This document shows, one piece after another, positions 41,324 to 50,540 of a stretch of DNA of 64,000 nucleotides (position 1 is the first letter of the stretch; every line of letters starts with the position of its first letter). A program made the position numbers and the translations under genes. Source of the stretch: Vulcanimicrobiota bacterium (GTDB lineage Bacteria > Vulcanimicrobiota > Vulcanimicrobiia > Vulcanimicrobiales > Vulcanimicrobiaceae). The notes under the pieces are model-generated. The model was not told the origin of the DNA and did no database searches. It saw nothing but the letters and a program-made list of their open reading frames with translations. Location of the stretch: assembly GCA_963733295.1 (NCBI GenBank), contig CAVTCS010000005.1, forward strand, positions 132,874 through 196,873, in the 5' to 3' direction.

Positions 41324-41806
41324 ATGAACGCAACGGCAGTGAACCATGGAACCCTCCGGCTCGAACGCGTCTTTGAGGCCGCGCCCGGACGGGTCTTCGC
41401 AGCTTGGGCCGATCCCGACGCGCGCGCAAGCTGGTGGTACGTCTCGAAGGTGTTCGAAATGATCGACTACACGATGGACTTTCGGCCCGGCGGCCGGGAA
41501 CAACGCAGCGCACGGCGCTTGCCGAACGGGTCGATCGTAACGATCGGGAATGCCTACGAAGAAATCGTCCCCGACGCGCGCATCATCAGCGTCATGTCGT
41601 GCGGCGAGGACGGCGTTCTGGCTTCGATTTCGCTGCTCACGATCGAGTTTTTCGCCGAAGGTAGCGGAACCCGCCTGATTTTCACCGAGCAATGCGCTTC
41701 CCTCGACGGCGTCGACCAAACCGTCTTTCACAAGGAAGGCTGGGGAGAGGTGCTCGACCGCTGGAGCGGCTATCTCGCGCGCACCTCGCCGGCCGGCGCG
41801 GTCTAG
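41324..41806 (+). CDS. SRPBCC/AHSA1 domain protein
   Basis: ERVFEAAPGRVFAAWADP, DFRPGGRE, GW..LD. Confidence 0.88.
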   Translation: MNATAVNHGTLRLERVFEAAPGRVFAAWADPDARASWWYVSKVFEMIDYTMDFRPGGREQRSARRLPNGSIVTIGNAYEEIVPDARIISVMSCGEDGVLASISLLTIEFFAEGSGTRLIFTEQCASLDGVDQTVFHKEGWGEVLDRWSGYLARTSPAGAV

Positions 41807-41819
41807 CGCACAAGCTAGC

Positions 41820-42233
41820 TCAGTGACCGATGGAGTGTCGTAGCGGTCCGATCACGTGCTGCATGAAGTAGTTGAACGGAATGTTCGGATCGGCGAGTCC
41901 GGCGAACTTGCAGGCGTCGTAGCCCACGATGAAGGTGAGCAGCATGAGAATGAACTGACGCGTCTGCCGGTCGAGTTCCCTATTGAACAGCGGTACGACC
42001 AGGCCGATGACCACGACCAGCAGTTGGACGAAAACGATCGTGCCGCGGATCCCAGCGTCGTCGAACCACGTCCCGCCGACCTGCGCGGACAGCTTGTTCA
42101 TGAAGGCCCACGCGAAGATCGCGATCAGGTAAGCCGCAACCATCATGACGACGAGCGTAATTAGGCTGACGAGAAACGGCTGGCGCACCTCGTACAGCGG
42201 CCGGTCCGTGCGTTTGACGCGGCGCGTACTCAC
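41820..42233 (-). CDS. Hypothetical 3-TM membrane protein
   Basis: 137 aa hydrophobic ORF with genome-typical codon usage. Confidence 0.7.
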   Translation of the reverse strand: MSTRRVKRTDRPLYEVRQPFLVSLITLVVMMVAAYLIAIFAWAFMNKLSAQVGGTWFDDAGIRGTIVFVQLLVVVIGLVVPLFNRELDRQTRQFILMLLTFIVGYDACKFAGLADPNIPFNYFMQHVIGPLRHSIGH

Positions 42234-42283
42234 ATCAAAGCCTTCGCGGCAAGACGGGGCGCGCCTCCGGCGAACCTCACAGA

Positions 42284-42760
42284 GTGATGCAACTGCGCGC
42301 CGACCCCCTGCGCCAAACGCTGCTCTCCGGCGCGGCGGCCGGCGTAGCCGGCGGGGTCTTACTCAACCTGTACCTGGTTTTGACGATCTCCGTCATCAAG
42401 CGCTGGACCGACCCCGCGACCCTGATGAAATTCGTTGCCTCCGGGATCATGGGCTCGAAGGCCGCCTACTCGAGCCACTCCTCGGCCCTGATCGGTACCT
42501 TGATTTTCTACGCGATCGCGGTGATCTGGGGTCTGGCCTACGCCTACGTTGCCTCGACCGAGCCGCCGCTGGCGAGCCGGCCGCTCGTCTCGGGCATCGC
42601 CTTCGGCCTCATCGTTTTCGTCGTGATGCAAGTCGTCGAACTGACGGTCAAGATCTGGACCTGGAGTCCCTTCATCGCCGCCAATTCGATCGTCGGACAC
42701 GTTCTCGCCTTCGGCATTCCGGTCGCGTATATCGTCGCTCGCTGGCCGTACCGCTCGTGA
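42284..42760 (+). CDS. Hypothetical 4-TM membrane protein
   Basis: 158 aa hydrophobic ORF, GTGA-coupled to alr. Confidence 0.75.
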   Translation: MMQLRADPLRQTLLSGAAAGVAGGVLLNLYLVLTISVIKRWTDPATLMKFVASGIMGSKAAYSSHSSALIGTLIFYAIAVIWGLAYAYVASTEPPLASRPLVSGIAFGLIVFVVMQVVELTVKIWTWSPFIAANSIVGHVLAFGIPVAYIVARWPYRS

Positions 42761-43926
42761 TCGCCGAGCTCCGCATCGACGTGGGTGCGTTGCGACGCAA
42801 CGCGGCTCGCTTTGCGACGCTCGTTGCTCCGGCCGGTCTGGGCGCGGTCGTGAAAGCGAACGGCTACGGACATGGTCTCGTACCGGTCGCACGCGCGCTC
42901 GAAAGCAGCGCTGCGCGTCTGCTCGTCTACAGCGGGGAAGAGGCGCTGGAGCTTCGCGCAGCCAGAATCGGCGCGGAGCTCCTCGTACTCGGACCGGTCG
43001 AACCGGCCTCGTTGGCAGCGCTGCACGAGGCACGCGTCGCGATCACGCTCTGGGACGACGGCGCGTTCGCGCGCGATGTGGGGCGCGTGGCCGAGGCGCT
43101 CGGCCGTCCGTTCGACGTCCACGCAAAGATCGACACCGGCGTGACGCGCCTAGGCTTCGAGCCGGCTCGAGCGGCGGCTGCGATCGGGAACTACTGTCGC
43201 GATGCAAACTTACAGCTGCGCGGCGCGTACACGCACTTGGCCGCAGCGGAAGAGCTCGAATCGCAGTTCACGCTGCAGCAGCTGGCAACGTTCGATAGCG
43301 CGCTCGCCCCGATCGACGCCGAGCTGCGCCGGCGCGGCGTCCTGCGACACGCCGCCGCATCGGCGGCTGCGATCTTGTTTCCGAAGTCCCGGCTCGACTT
43401 CGTGCGAGCCGGCATCGGACTCTATGGAATCTGGCCCTCGCCGGAGACCGAGACGGCGGCCGGCGCTGCGCTCGAGCTCGAGCCCGCGCTTTCGTGGACC
43501 AGCGAACTCGTCGTCGTCCGCGATGTCGAAGCGGGCCGTTCGGTCGGTTACGGCTGCACCTTCCACACGACGCGTCCTTCGCGCATCGGCGTCGTTCCGA
43601 TCGGCTACGCCGAAGGCGTACCGCGCGCGCTTTCCAATCGCGGCGCGATGCTCGTCGCCGGAAGCCGTGCGCCGATCGTGGGGCGCGTTTGCATGAACAT
43701 GTCGTTCCTCGACCTCACCGACGTACCCCGGGCGCATCCGGGCTCGCGCGTGACGCTCGTCGGCGGCGACGGCGCCGCCGGGATTTCCGCGAACGAGTTC
43801 GGCGAGTGGGCCGGCACGATCGGGTACGAGATCGTCGCGCGCTTACCCGAATCGATTCCCCGGCGCTATCTCGGAATTTCCGAGAGCGCCGCGATGGCCT
43901 CGGCGAGGTCGAGCGTCTCCTCGTAA
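42757..43926 (+). CDS. alr: Alanine racemase
   Basis: AVVKANGYGHG, KIDTGVTRLG, RAGIGLYG, VGYG, GRVCMN, GTIGYE. Confidence 0.95.
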   Translation: MIAELRIDVGALRRNAARFATLVAPAGLGAVVKANGYGHGLVPVARALESSAARLLVYSGEEALELRAARIGAELLVLGPVEPASLAALHEARVAITLWDDGAFARDVGRVAEALGRPFDVHAKIDTGVTRLGFEPARAAAAIGNYCRDANLQLRGAYTHLAAAEELESQFTLQQLATFDSALAPIDAELRRRGVLRHAAASAAAILFPKSRLDFVRAGIGLYGIWPSPETETAAGAALELEPALSWTSELVVVRDVEAGRSVGYGCTFHTTRPSRIGVVPIGYAEGVPRALSNRGAMLVAGSRAPIVGRVCMNMSFLDLTDVPRAHPGSRVTLVGGDGAAGISANEFGEWAGTIGYEIVARLPESIPRRYLGISESAAMASARSSVSS

Positions 43927-44597
43927 AGCGCGCTCCCGACGATCGCGCTGTCGACGTTGGGCGGAGTGCCCGCCGCGAGCGCGAGCAGGTCGTCGAGCGT
44001 TCGCGCACCGCCGGCCGCCGTGATCTTGAGAGGCGCCAGCCGGCCGACGTGATCGAAGGCTGCGATATCGAAGCCTGTTCCCGCTCCGTCGCGCGCGATC
44101 TCGGTGAAGACGAGCCGCTCGATACCCCATTCGCTCAGCTCGCGTACGAGCACGTCCCGTTCGATGCCTCCGCGTTTGCGCCATCCGCGAATCGCGACTT
44201 CGTTTCCGCGGGCATCCACCGCAGCGATGATGCGCGGCCCGTAATCCGCGACGAGCGAGCGCGCGATATCCGGTTCCTCAACGAGCAGGGTCCCGAGAAC
44301 CGCCGCGGCCGCGCCTGCCGCGAAGCAGGCCTCGACCTCGGCGTTGCTGCGCAGTCCCCCGCCGCTTTGAACCGGAACGTCGACCGCCGCGCAGATCGCG
44401 CGCAGCGCCCCGAGATTCTCGCCGGTACCGAAGGCGCCGTCCAAATCGACGACGTGCAGGCGCGTCGCACCGCTCGCCACGAAACTGCGCGCGCGCGAAA
44501 CCGGATCGCCGTCGTAGCGGCGTTCGTGCAACGGATCTCCACGCAAGAGACGCACGCAGTGGCCGCCATGCAGATCGATCGCCGGAATGACGTTCAC
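43866..44597 (-). CDS. hisA: HisA isomerase
   Basis: IPAIDL..GHCVRL, LHVVDLDGA, GGGLR, TEIARDG, GSALYE. Confidence 0.93.
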   Translation of the reverse strand: MNVIPAIDLHGGHCVRLLRGDPLHERRYDGDPVSRARSFVASGATRLHVVDLDGAFGTGENLGALRAICAAVDVPVQSGGGLRSNAEVEACFAAGAAAAVLGTLLVEEPDIARSLVADYGPRIIAAVDARGNEVAIRGWRKRGGIERDVLVRELSEWGIERLVFTEIARDGAGTGFDIAAFDHVGRLAPLKITAAGGARTLDDLLALAAGTPPNVDSAIVGSALYEETLDLAEAIAALSEIPR

Positions 44598-45208
44598 GCG
44601 CCGGCAATTCGTAAGAAGTTATCGAGCAGGGTGGCACCCGTCGTCTGACTCTTCTCCGGATGGAATTGCGTCGCCATCACGTTGTCGCGCGCCACGATCG
44701 CGGCAAACCGTTCGCCGTGGGTCGTCGCCGCCAGCGTTTCGGCGCCGACACCGGCACAGTAACTGTGCAAGAAATATGCGTACGCGCCAGGCTCTATACC
44801 CCGCGTAAACGGATGTTTCCCCACAAGCTCGAGCTGGTTCCAGCCCATGTGCGGCACGCGGGGAGCATTCGTCAAGCGCGTGACGGTTCCGGGGAAGTAA
44901 CCGAGGCCGGGGTGCCGGCCGTACTCGGTGCTCGACTCGTAGAGGACTTGCATTCCGACGCAGATGCCGAGGAGCGGGCGGCCCGACGCGATGAAACGCG
45001 GCAGGGCCGCTTCGAGACCACGCTCGACGAGGGCGTGCATCGTTGCTCCAAAAGCCCCGTCGCCCGGCAGGATCGCGGCGTGCGCGCGCTCCAGGACTGC
45101 GGGATCGGAGCTCAACTCGTACTCGGCGCCGCGCCGCTGCAGTGCCGACAGCAGCGAGCCCAGATTCCCGCCGCCGAAATCCAGGACGGCAAGCGAGCGA
45201 GCGGCTAT
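44594..45208 (-). CDS. hisH: Imidazole glycerol phosphate synthase subunit HisH (apparent ATA start)
   Basis: VLDFGGGNLGS, LPGDGAF, GICVGMQ, PHMGWN, QFHPEKS; ATA overlaps hisB TAG. Confidence 0.93.
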   Translation of the reverse strand: MAARSLAVLDFGGGNLGSLLSALQRRGAEYELSSDPAVLERAHAAILPGDGAFGATMHALVERGLEAALPRFIASGRPLLGICVGMQVLYESSTEYGRHPGLGYFPGTVTRLTNAPRVPHMGWNQLELVGKHPFTRGIEPGAYAYFLHSYCAGVGAETLAATTHGERFAAIVARDNVMATQFHPEKSQTTGATLLDNFLRIAGA

Positions 45209-45798
45209 GCCAAAATCCCTTTGGTCGAGGGGATCGCGTCGCCGCCCGTCAGCGCTTTGGCCTGCGCGAACGAGCGCGCGAAGGCTTTGAACGAGGCTTC
45301 ACAGAGGTGGTGCGCGTTCGTCCCCGCGAGCTGGATCAGATGCAGGTTGAAGCGTCCGTTCTCGCTGACGCTGCGGAAGAAGTGCGGAACCAGTTCGGTC
45401 TTGAGATCGCCGAGGTTCTCGACGCCGAAACGCACTTCGAAATTCAAGTAGGAACGGCCCGAGAGGTCGACGCTTGCGAGCACGAGCGCGTCGTCCAGCG
45501 GAACCGCGAGCGAACCGAAACGCGCGACGCCGCGCTTCTCGCCGAGCGCTCGATGGATCGCGCTGCCGAGTGCGATGCCGACGTCCTCGACGAGATGGTG
45601 ACCGTCAAGCCCGTCGCCCGTGGCACGCAGGGTAAGGCCGCAACCCGAGTGCTTGGCGAACGCCTCCAGCATGTGATCGAGAAACTTGACGTCGGTCGCG
45701 ACCGCGACGGGACCGCCGTCGAGCGCTAGCTCGAGGTCGACCGTCGTCTCTTTCGTTGCGCGGGCGATGACCGCGCGGCGCGCGACGTCCTCGATCAG
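45205..45798 (-). CDS. hisB: Imidazoleglycerol-phosphate dehydratase HisB (apparent CTG start)
   Basis: RATKET, FLDHML, HHLVEDVGI, PLDDAL, NAHHLCEASFKA, PSTKG; CTG overlaps gltA TGA. Confidence 0.93.
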   Translation of the reverse strand: MIEDVARRAVIARATKETTVDLELALDGGPVAVATDVKFLDHMLEAFAKHSGCGLTLRATGDGLDGHHLVEDVGIALGSAIHRALGEKRGVARFGSLAVPLDDALVLASVDLSGRSYLNFEVRFGVENLGDLKTELVPHFFRSVSENGRFNLHLIQLAGTNAHHLCEASFKAFARSFAQAKALTGGDAIPSTKGILA

Positions 45799-47006
45799 GC
45801 CGGCGCTCCGCTGGCTCGAGCCGTGCCGTTCTCGTGGCCCTCGCCGTTCTGCGAGCGGCCGCGCTGTTCGATCGGCACCCAGGGCATGCCGGCCGGTCCC
45901 GAATAGCGTGCCTGCGGCCGAATCAAACGGTTGTCGCCGAGCTGCTCGAGGATTTGCGCGGTCCAGCCTGCCATGCGCCCGCAGGCAAACATGCAGGTGA
46001 ACTCGTCGGGCGGAATTCCCAAGCTGAAGAGCGTTGGCGCGGTGTAGAACTCGACGTTCGCATAGATGCGTTTGCCGGGTTTTTGTTCTTGTAAGGCTTT
46101 GTTGGCCGCGTCTTCGAGCGCGCGCGCGATCTCGTACCACTTCGGGTCGGACGCGCTGCCGAGGGCCTTCGCCATGGCTTCGAGATGCATGGCGCGCGGA
46201 TCGCGCACTTTGTACTCGCGATGCCCCATCCCCATGATGCGCTCGCCGCGCGCGAGCAACTCGCGAACGTATGCCTCGGCGCGCTCGGGCTTCCCGATGT
46301 CGAGGATCATCTTCATGACCTTACCGGGCGCTCCGCCGTGCAAGTCGCCTTCGAGCGTCGCGACGGCCGACGTCGCAGCCGCGAAAATGTCGGCGCGCGT
46401 CGAGGCCGTCACGCGTGCGGCGAACGTCGAAGCGTTGTACGAGTGGTCGGCAAGCAGCACCAAGTAGGTGTCGAGCGCGCGTTCCGCTTCGGGAATGGGA
46501 CGTTCGCCCGTACGCATGTACAAAAAGTTGGCCGCCGTCGAGAGGTTGGGCAACGGCTCGATCGCGCTCAGTCCGCGTCGAATTCGATCCCAGGCGGCGA
46601 CGATCGACGGCGTCTTCGCGATCAGATGAATCGCGGCGCGCGGATTCGACGGATGGGCGCCGTCTTCGTCGGCCGGGGTGAAGAGGGCGAGCCCCGAGAC
46701 GAGCGTGCGCAGCACGTCCATCGGCCACGCGTCTTTCGGCGTCGACTCCATGAAGTCGATCAGCGGCTGCGGCAGCATCCGGTTTGCCGCGAGCCTCACC
46801 TTGAGATCCTCGAGCTGGAACTTGTTCGGCAACTGCCCGAAAAGCAGGAGGTAGCACACCTCTTCAAAGGTAGCGTTGGTGGCCAAATCGTGGATGTCGA
46901 AACCGCGATAGGTCAACCGGCCTTCGAGACCTTCGACGTTGCTGAGGTCGGTCGAGCCGACGATGACGCCTTCGAGCCCGCGATCGACGATTGTGGCTGG
47001 ATTCAT
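45795..47006 (-). CDS. Citrate synthase / methylcitrate synthase family
   Basis: GLEGV, LTYRG, ADHSYNASTF, LHGGA, MGMGHREYKVRDPR, NVEFY, LIRP. Confidence 0.93.
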   Translation of the reverse strand: MNPATIVDRGLEGVIVGSTDLSNVEGLEGRLTYRGFDIHDLATNATFEEVCYLLLFGQLPNKFQLEDLKVRLAANRMLPQPLIDFMESTPKDAWPMDVLRTLVSGLALFTPADEDGAHPSNPRAAIHLIAKTPSIVAAWDRIRRGLSAIEPLPNLSTAANFLYMRTGERPIPEAERALDTYLVLLADHSYNASTFAARVTASTRADIFAAATSAVATLEGDLHGGAPGKVMKMILDIGKPERAEAYVRELLARGERIMGMGHREYKVRDPRAMHLEAMAKALGSASDPKWYEIARALEDAANKALQEQKPGKRIYANVEFYTAPTLFSLGIPPDEFTCMFACGRMAGWTAQILEQLGDNRLIRPQARYSGPAGMPWVPIEQRGRSQNGEGHENGTARASGAPA

Positions 47007-47186
47007 AGTCCGGTAAATTCGGAAAGGCCGACTCGTTTTCATGCGCGCGACAATGTCACAAGCGCGCATTTGCGACAAACGTCAGCGCTCGCCGCCGGAT
47101 CGAGCGACTCCTCGGACCAACCGTTCCGGCACGGGGCCGCCCGGCTGCGGCAGTCCTCGGGGCCTGCGCGCTCGAACGCCCGCCGG

Positions 47187-48180
47187 ATGCGGATTCTGTT
47201 TTTGGGCGGCACGAGCTTTCTCGGACGCCACATTGCCGAGGCGGCGCTCGCGGCCGGGCATTCGATCGTTCTTTTCAACCGCGGGAAAACCAACGCGTCG
47301 TTGTTCCCCGGCGAGCGGCACGTGCTCGGCGACCGCAAAAAAGACGCCGCGCTCCTCGCCGGCGTCGAAGCCGACGCCGTGATCGACACGAGCGGATACG
47401 CGCCCGATGTCGTAGCCGCGAGCGCGAACGCCGTGGCAGCGAACGTGCGCAAGTACGTCTTCATCAGCAGCATCAGCGTGTACGCGCCAAGCGCGACGCC
47501 GATCGACGAATCGTCGCCCACGCAGAAGCTGCCGGAAGGTGCCTCGACCACGGAAGTGACGCCCGAATCGTACGGCCCGCTCAAAGTTCTCTGCGAAGAA
47601 ACGCTGGCCGAGATCCTGGGGCCGCAACGCGTCCTCTCGGTGCGCGCCGGCCTCATGGTTGGACCGTACGACTACACCGGCAGGTTTACGTATTGGCCGA
47701 TGCGCGTTGCGCGCGGCGGCGAAACCCTGGCACCGGTCGGACGCGAAATGCCGGTCCAGTTCATCGACGCGCGCGATGTGGCCGCCTGGATCTTAAGAGC
47801 GCTGGCTGACGATCAGCACGGAACGTTCAGCGTCACCGGAACGCCGGGCGCGCTCGACTTCGGCGACGTGCTCGACGCCAGCACGCACTCTCGCGGCGAG
47901 TGACGCGCGCTTCACCTTCGTGCCGGCGGACTTTCTCGAAGCGCAAGGCGTGGGCGCCTGGATCGAGCTGCCGCTCTGGCTTCCCGATGGGCCCGACGAA
48001 CAAGGCCTCATGTCGGTCTCCAACGCGCGCGCGCGAGCGACGGGATTGCGCTTGCGCCCGCTCGCGGAGACCGTCGCCGACACGCTAGCGGAGTACCGCG
48101 CCCGTCCGGACGGAACGTTGCGCGCCGGACTCGCGCCCGAAAAGGAAGCGGCCGTCCTCGCGGCTTGGCACGCACGTTGA
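47187..48180 (+). CDS. NAD-dependent epimerase/isoflavone-reductase-like protein, one frameshift near 47885
   Basis: MRILFLGGTSFLG, FISSISVY, YGPLK, DARDVA; continues in frame of 47920..48180 (ELPLWLP, GLRLRPL). Confidence 0.85.
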
Positions 48181-48192
48181 GCGCCGGTTCGC

Positions 48193-48612
48193 TCAATCGG
48201 TCGTCGCGAACCTATCAGTGTAGGGATACGGCTGCGCGACGCCTTTGAGGTACCACCACCAGTACGGGATTCGCACGCGGATCTTGCCGCTAACCACGGT
48301 TGGCGGCAGGCCGTGGCACTGTGGAAGACCTCGCGAGCCTAAGACTAAGACACACTGCGCCACCTGGCCGTCGACGACGATCTGACCATGTCGGTCCGAG
48401 AGCACGGTGCCGTCTGAACCGTTGCGTTTACGAATTACAATGCCGCAGCCGCCACCGTCGGAGCCGCACGTAAAATCGAGGAAAATCCCTTCGACATATC
48501 CCGCCGGAGCGCCGCTGGGCTTCGGAGTATCGGGGTTCTCCATCGCGAGCGTTCCTTGTCGATAGGTCGCGAGCACTATAGCGACTAGCATCGCGCCAAG
48601 CAGATCTTTCAC
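48193..48612 (-). CDS. Hypothetical secreted protein with 4 Cys
   Basis: 139 aa, signal-like N-terminus, atypical codon usage. Confidence 0.5.
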   Translation of the reverse strand: MKDLLGAMLVAIVLATYRQGTLAMENPDTPKPSGAPAGYVEGIFLDFTCGSDGGGCGIVIRKRNGSDGTVLSDRHGQIVVDGQVAQCVLVLGSRGLPQCHGLPPTVVSGKIRVRIPYWWWYLKGVAQPYPYTDRFATTD

Positions 48613-48661
48613 TTCTGCTTCGTTCTCGAATGTCTCATTTTGCTAGGGCCGCTCAGACGCG

Positions 48662-49600
48662 TTAGGGGGCGTCGACGAGGGCGCGTCCGCGTTCGAGCGC
48701 GGCGCCGATTAAGCGGTCGATCAGGACGTCGAACGAGATGCCCAGTGCCGCGCACTCGTCGGGGAAAAGGCTCGTCGGCGTGAGGCCGGGCAAGGCGTTC
48801 GTCTCGAGGATGTACGGACGTCCTTCTTTAGTGACGATGAAGTCGGTGCGCGAATAGTCGCGCAGTCCGAGCAGCCGGTGCGTCGAGAGCGCGAGCATCT
48901 GAATGCGGTGGGCCAGATCCTGGTCGATCTTGGCCGGACATTCGTGTTTGCTTTGGCCGGCCGCGTACTTGGCGTCGTAGTCGTAGAAATCGTGACCGAT
49001 CGGCACGATCTCGATGACGGGCAACGCTTCCTCGAAGAGCACTCCACAACCGAATTCGCGTCCCGGAACGTACTCTTCGGCTACGATCGTGGAACGCTCC
49101 GCCGAAAGCGCGATCATCGCTCGCGACCACTCCTCGTGCGTGCGCACGATCGAGACTCCCGCACTCGAACCTTCGCTGCGCGGTTTCACGACGAGCGGAA
49201 GGTTGAGCGAGCCGGGTAAGAGCGGCAGCGTGCCGCCGTCGAAGTCGAACGTGTCCCAGGCGGGCGTCGGCAAGCCCTCGGCCGAGAGCAGCTTTTTCGT
49301 GAGGTGCTTATCCATTGCGAGGGCGCATGCGCCGAGTCCGCTTCCGTTGTACGGAATGCGCAGCCAATCGAGGATGCCTTGGATCGTGCCGTCCTCGCCG
49401 CTGGCGCCGTGCAACGCATTGAAGACCGCGTCGGGCTCGAGTTCGCGGATCGCGTCGACGAAGCGCTGATCGTAGTCCAGCGACTGGGTGACGTATCCCA
49501 AGCGCTCGAGCGACTCGACGACGACGCGCCCGCTGGCGATCGAAACCTCGCGCTCCGAACCTTGTCCGCCCATGACGACCGCGACGCGCGCTTTGGTCAC
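48662..49600 (-). CDS. ddl: D-alanine-D-alanine ligase
   Basis: GGQGSEREVS, LHGASGEDG, MDK, EGSS, YDYDAKY, ETNALPG. Confidence 0.95.
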   Translation of the reverse strand: MTKARVAVVMGGQGSEREVSIASGRVVVESLERLGYVTQSLDYDQRFVDAIRELEPDAVFNALHGASGEDGTIQGILDWLRIPYNGSGLGACALAMDKHLTKKLLSAEGLPTPAWDTFDFDGGTLPLLPGSLNLPLVVKPRSEGSSAGVSIVRTHEEWSRAMIALSAERSTIVAEEYVPGREFGCGVLFEEALPVIEIVPIGHDFYDYDAKYAAGQSKHECPAKIDQDLAHRIQMLALSTHRLLGLRDYSRTDFIVTKEGRPYILETNALPGLTPTSLFPDECAALGISFDVLIDRLIGAALERGRALVDAP

Positions 49601-50523
49601 GCGAAGACCCCCACGAAGTGCACTTCCAACTCGAGTTCGACTCCGGATTGTTCGAGCACGGCACGCCGGACGCGCGCCAAGAGCGAGGCGACATCGGCCG
49701 CCGTCGCGTCGCCGCGGTTGAGGATGAAGTTTGCGTGCATTTCTGAGACCTCGGCTCCGCCCTCGCGCCAGCCTTTGGCACCCGCGGCTTCGATGAGACG
49801 TCCGGCCTTGTCTCCCGGCGGGTTGCGAAAGCACGACCCGGCATTGGGAAATTGCAGCGGTTGCGTCTTTTTCCGCCGGATCAGGCGCTCTTGCAACCGC
49901 TCGCGAACCGCCACCCGTTCTCCCCGTTCGAACGCGAGCGTCACGGAACTCACGATCGCATCGCGCGCCAACGTCGTATGGCGGTAGAAGTACTGCGGCG
50001 TGACCGCGTGCGGTTCGGGTTTAGCCGGGCTCTGTACCCACACCTCGCGCACGAACTCCCCGATCTCCCGGTCGGTGCCGGCGTTCATGCGCAACGCGCC
50101 ACCCACGCTTCCCGGAATTCCGGCAAGCCCGTCGACACCGAGCGCGCCGTGGTTGGTGGCTTGACCGACGAGTAACGAGAGCGACGACGAGGCGCCCGCG
50201 CGCACGACGACGCACTCGGCTTCCTCGGAAAACTCGAGCCGGGCGAAGTTGCCGGCGAGCCGGAAGACGATGCCGCGAATGCCGCCGTCGCCGACCAGCA
50301 GATTCGAGCCGCTGCCCAGCACGTACCACGGGATCTTGCGCTTGGCGACGAGGCGCAGGACTCCGGCCAGCTCGTCGACGTTTTCGACGGTAAGCAGCGC
50401 GTCGGCCGGGCCGCCGATGCGCCACGAAGTGTGCGGCGAGAGCGGCGCGTCGAAGCTCGCGCGTTCGCCGAAAATCCGAGCGAGTGCGGAACGATCGCGC
50501 TCGTCGACCAGCGGTGTCAACAT
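49597..50523 (-). CDS. murB: UDP-N-acetylmuramate dehydrogenase
   Basis: HTSWRIGGPAD, GSGSNLL, GIPGSVGG..MNAG, GSCFRNP, HANF. Confidence 0.95.
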   Translation of the reverse strand: MLTPLVDERDRSALARIFGERASFDAPLSPHTSWRIGGPADALLTVENVDELAGVLRLVAKRKIPWYVLGSGSNLLVGDGGIRGIVFRLAGNFARLEFSEEAECVVVRAGASSSLSLLVGQATNHGALGVDGLAGIPGSVGGALRMNAGTDREIGEFVREVWVQSPAKPEPHAVTPQYFYRHTTLARDAIVSSVTLAFERGERVAVRERLQERLIRRKKTQPLQFPNAGSCFRNPPGDKAGRLIEAAGAKGWREGGAEVSEMHANFILNRGDATAADVASLLARVRRAVLEQSGVELELEVHFVGVFA

Positions 50524-50540
50524 CTCCGTACCGAGCGCGC

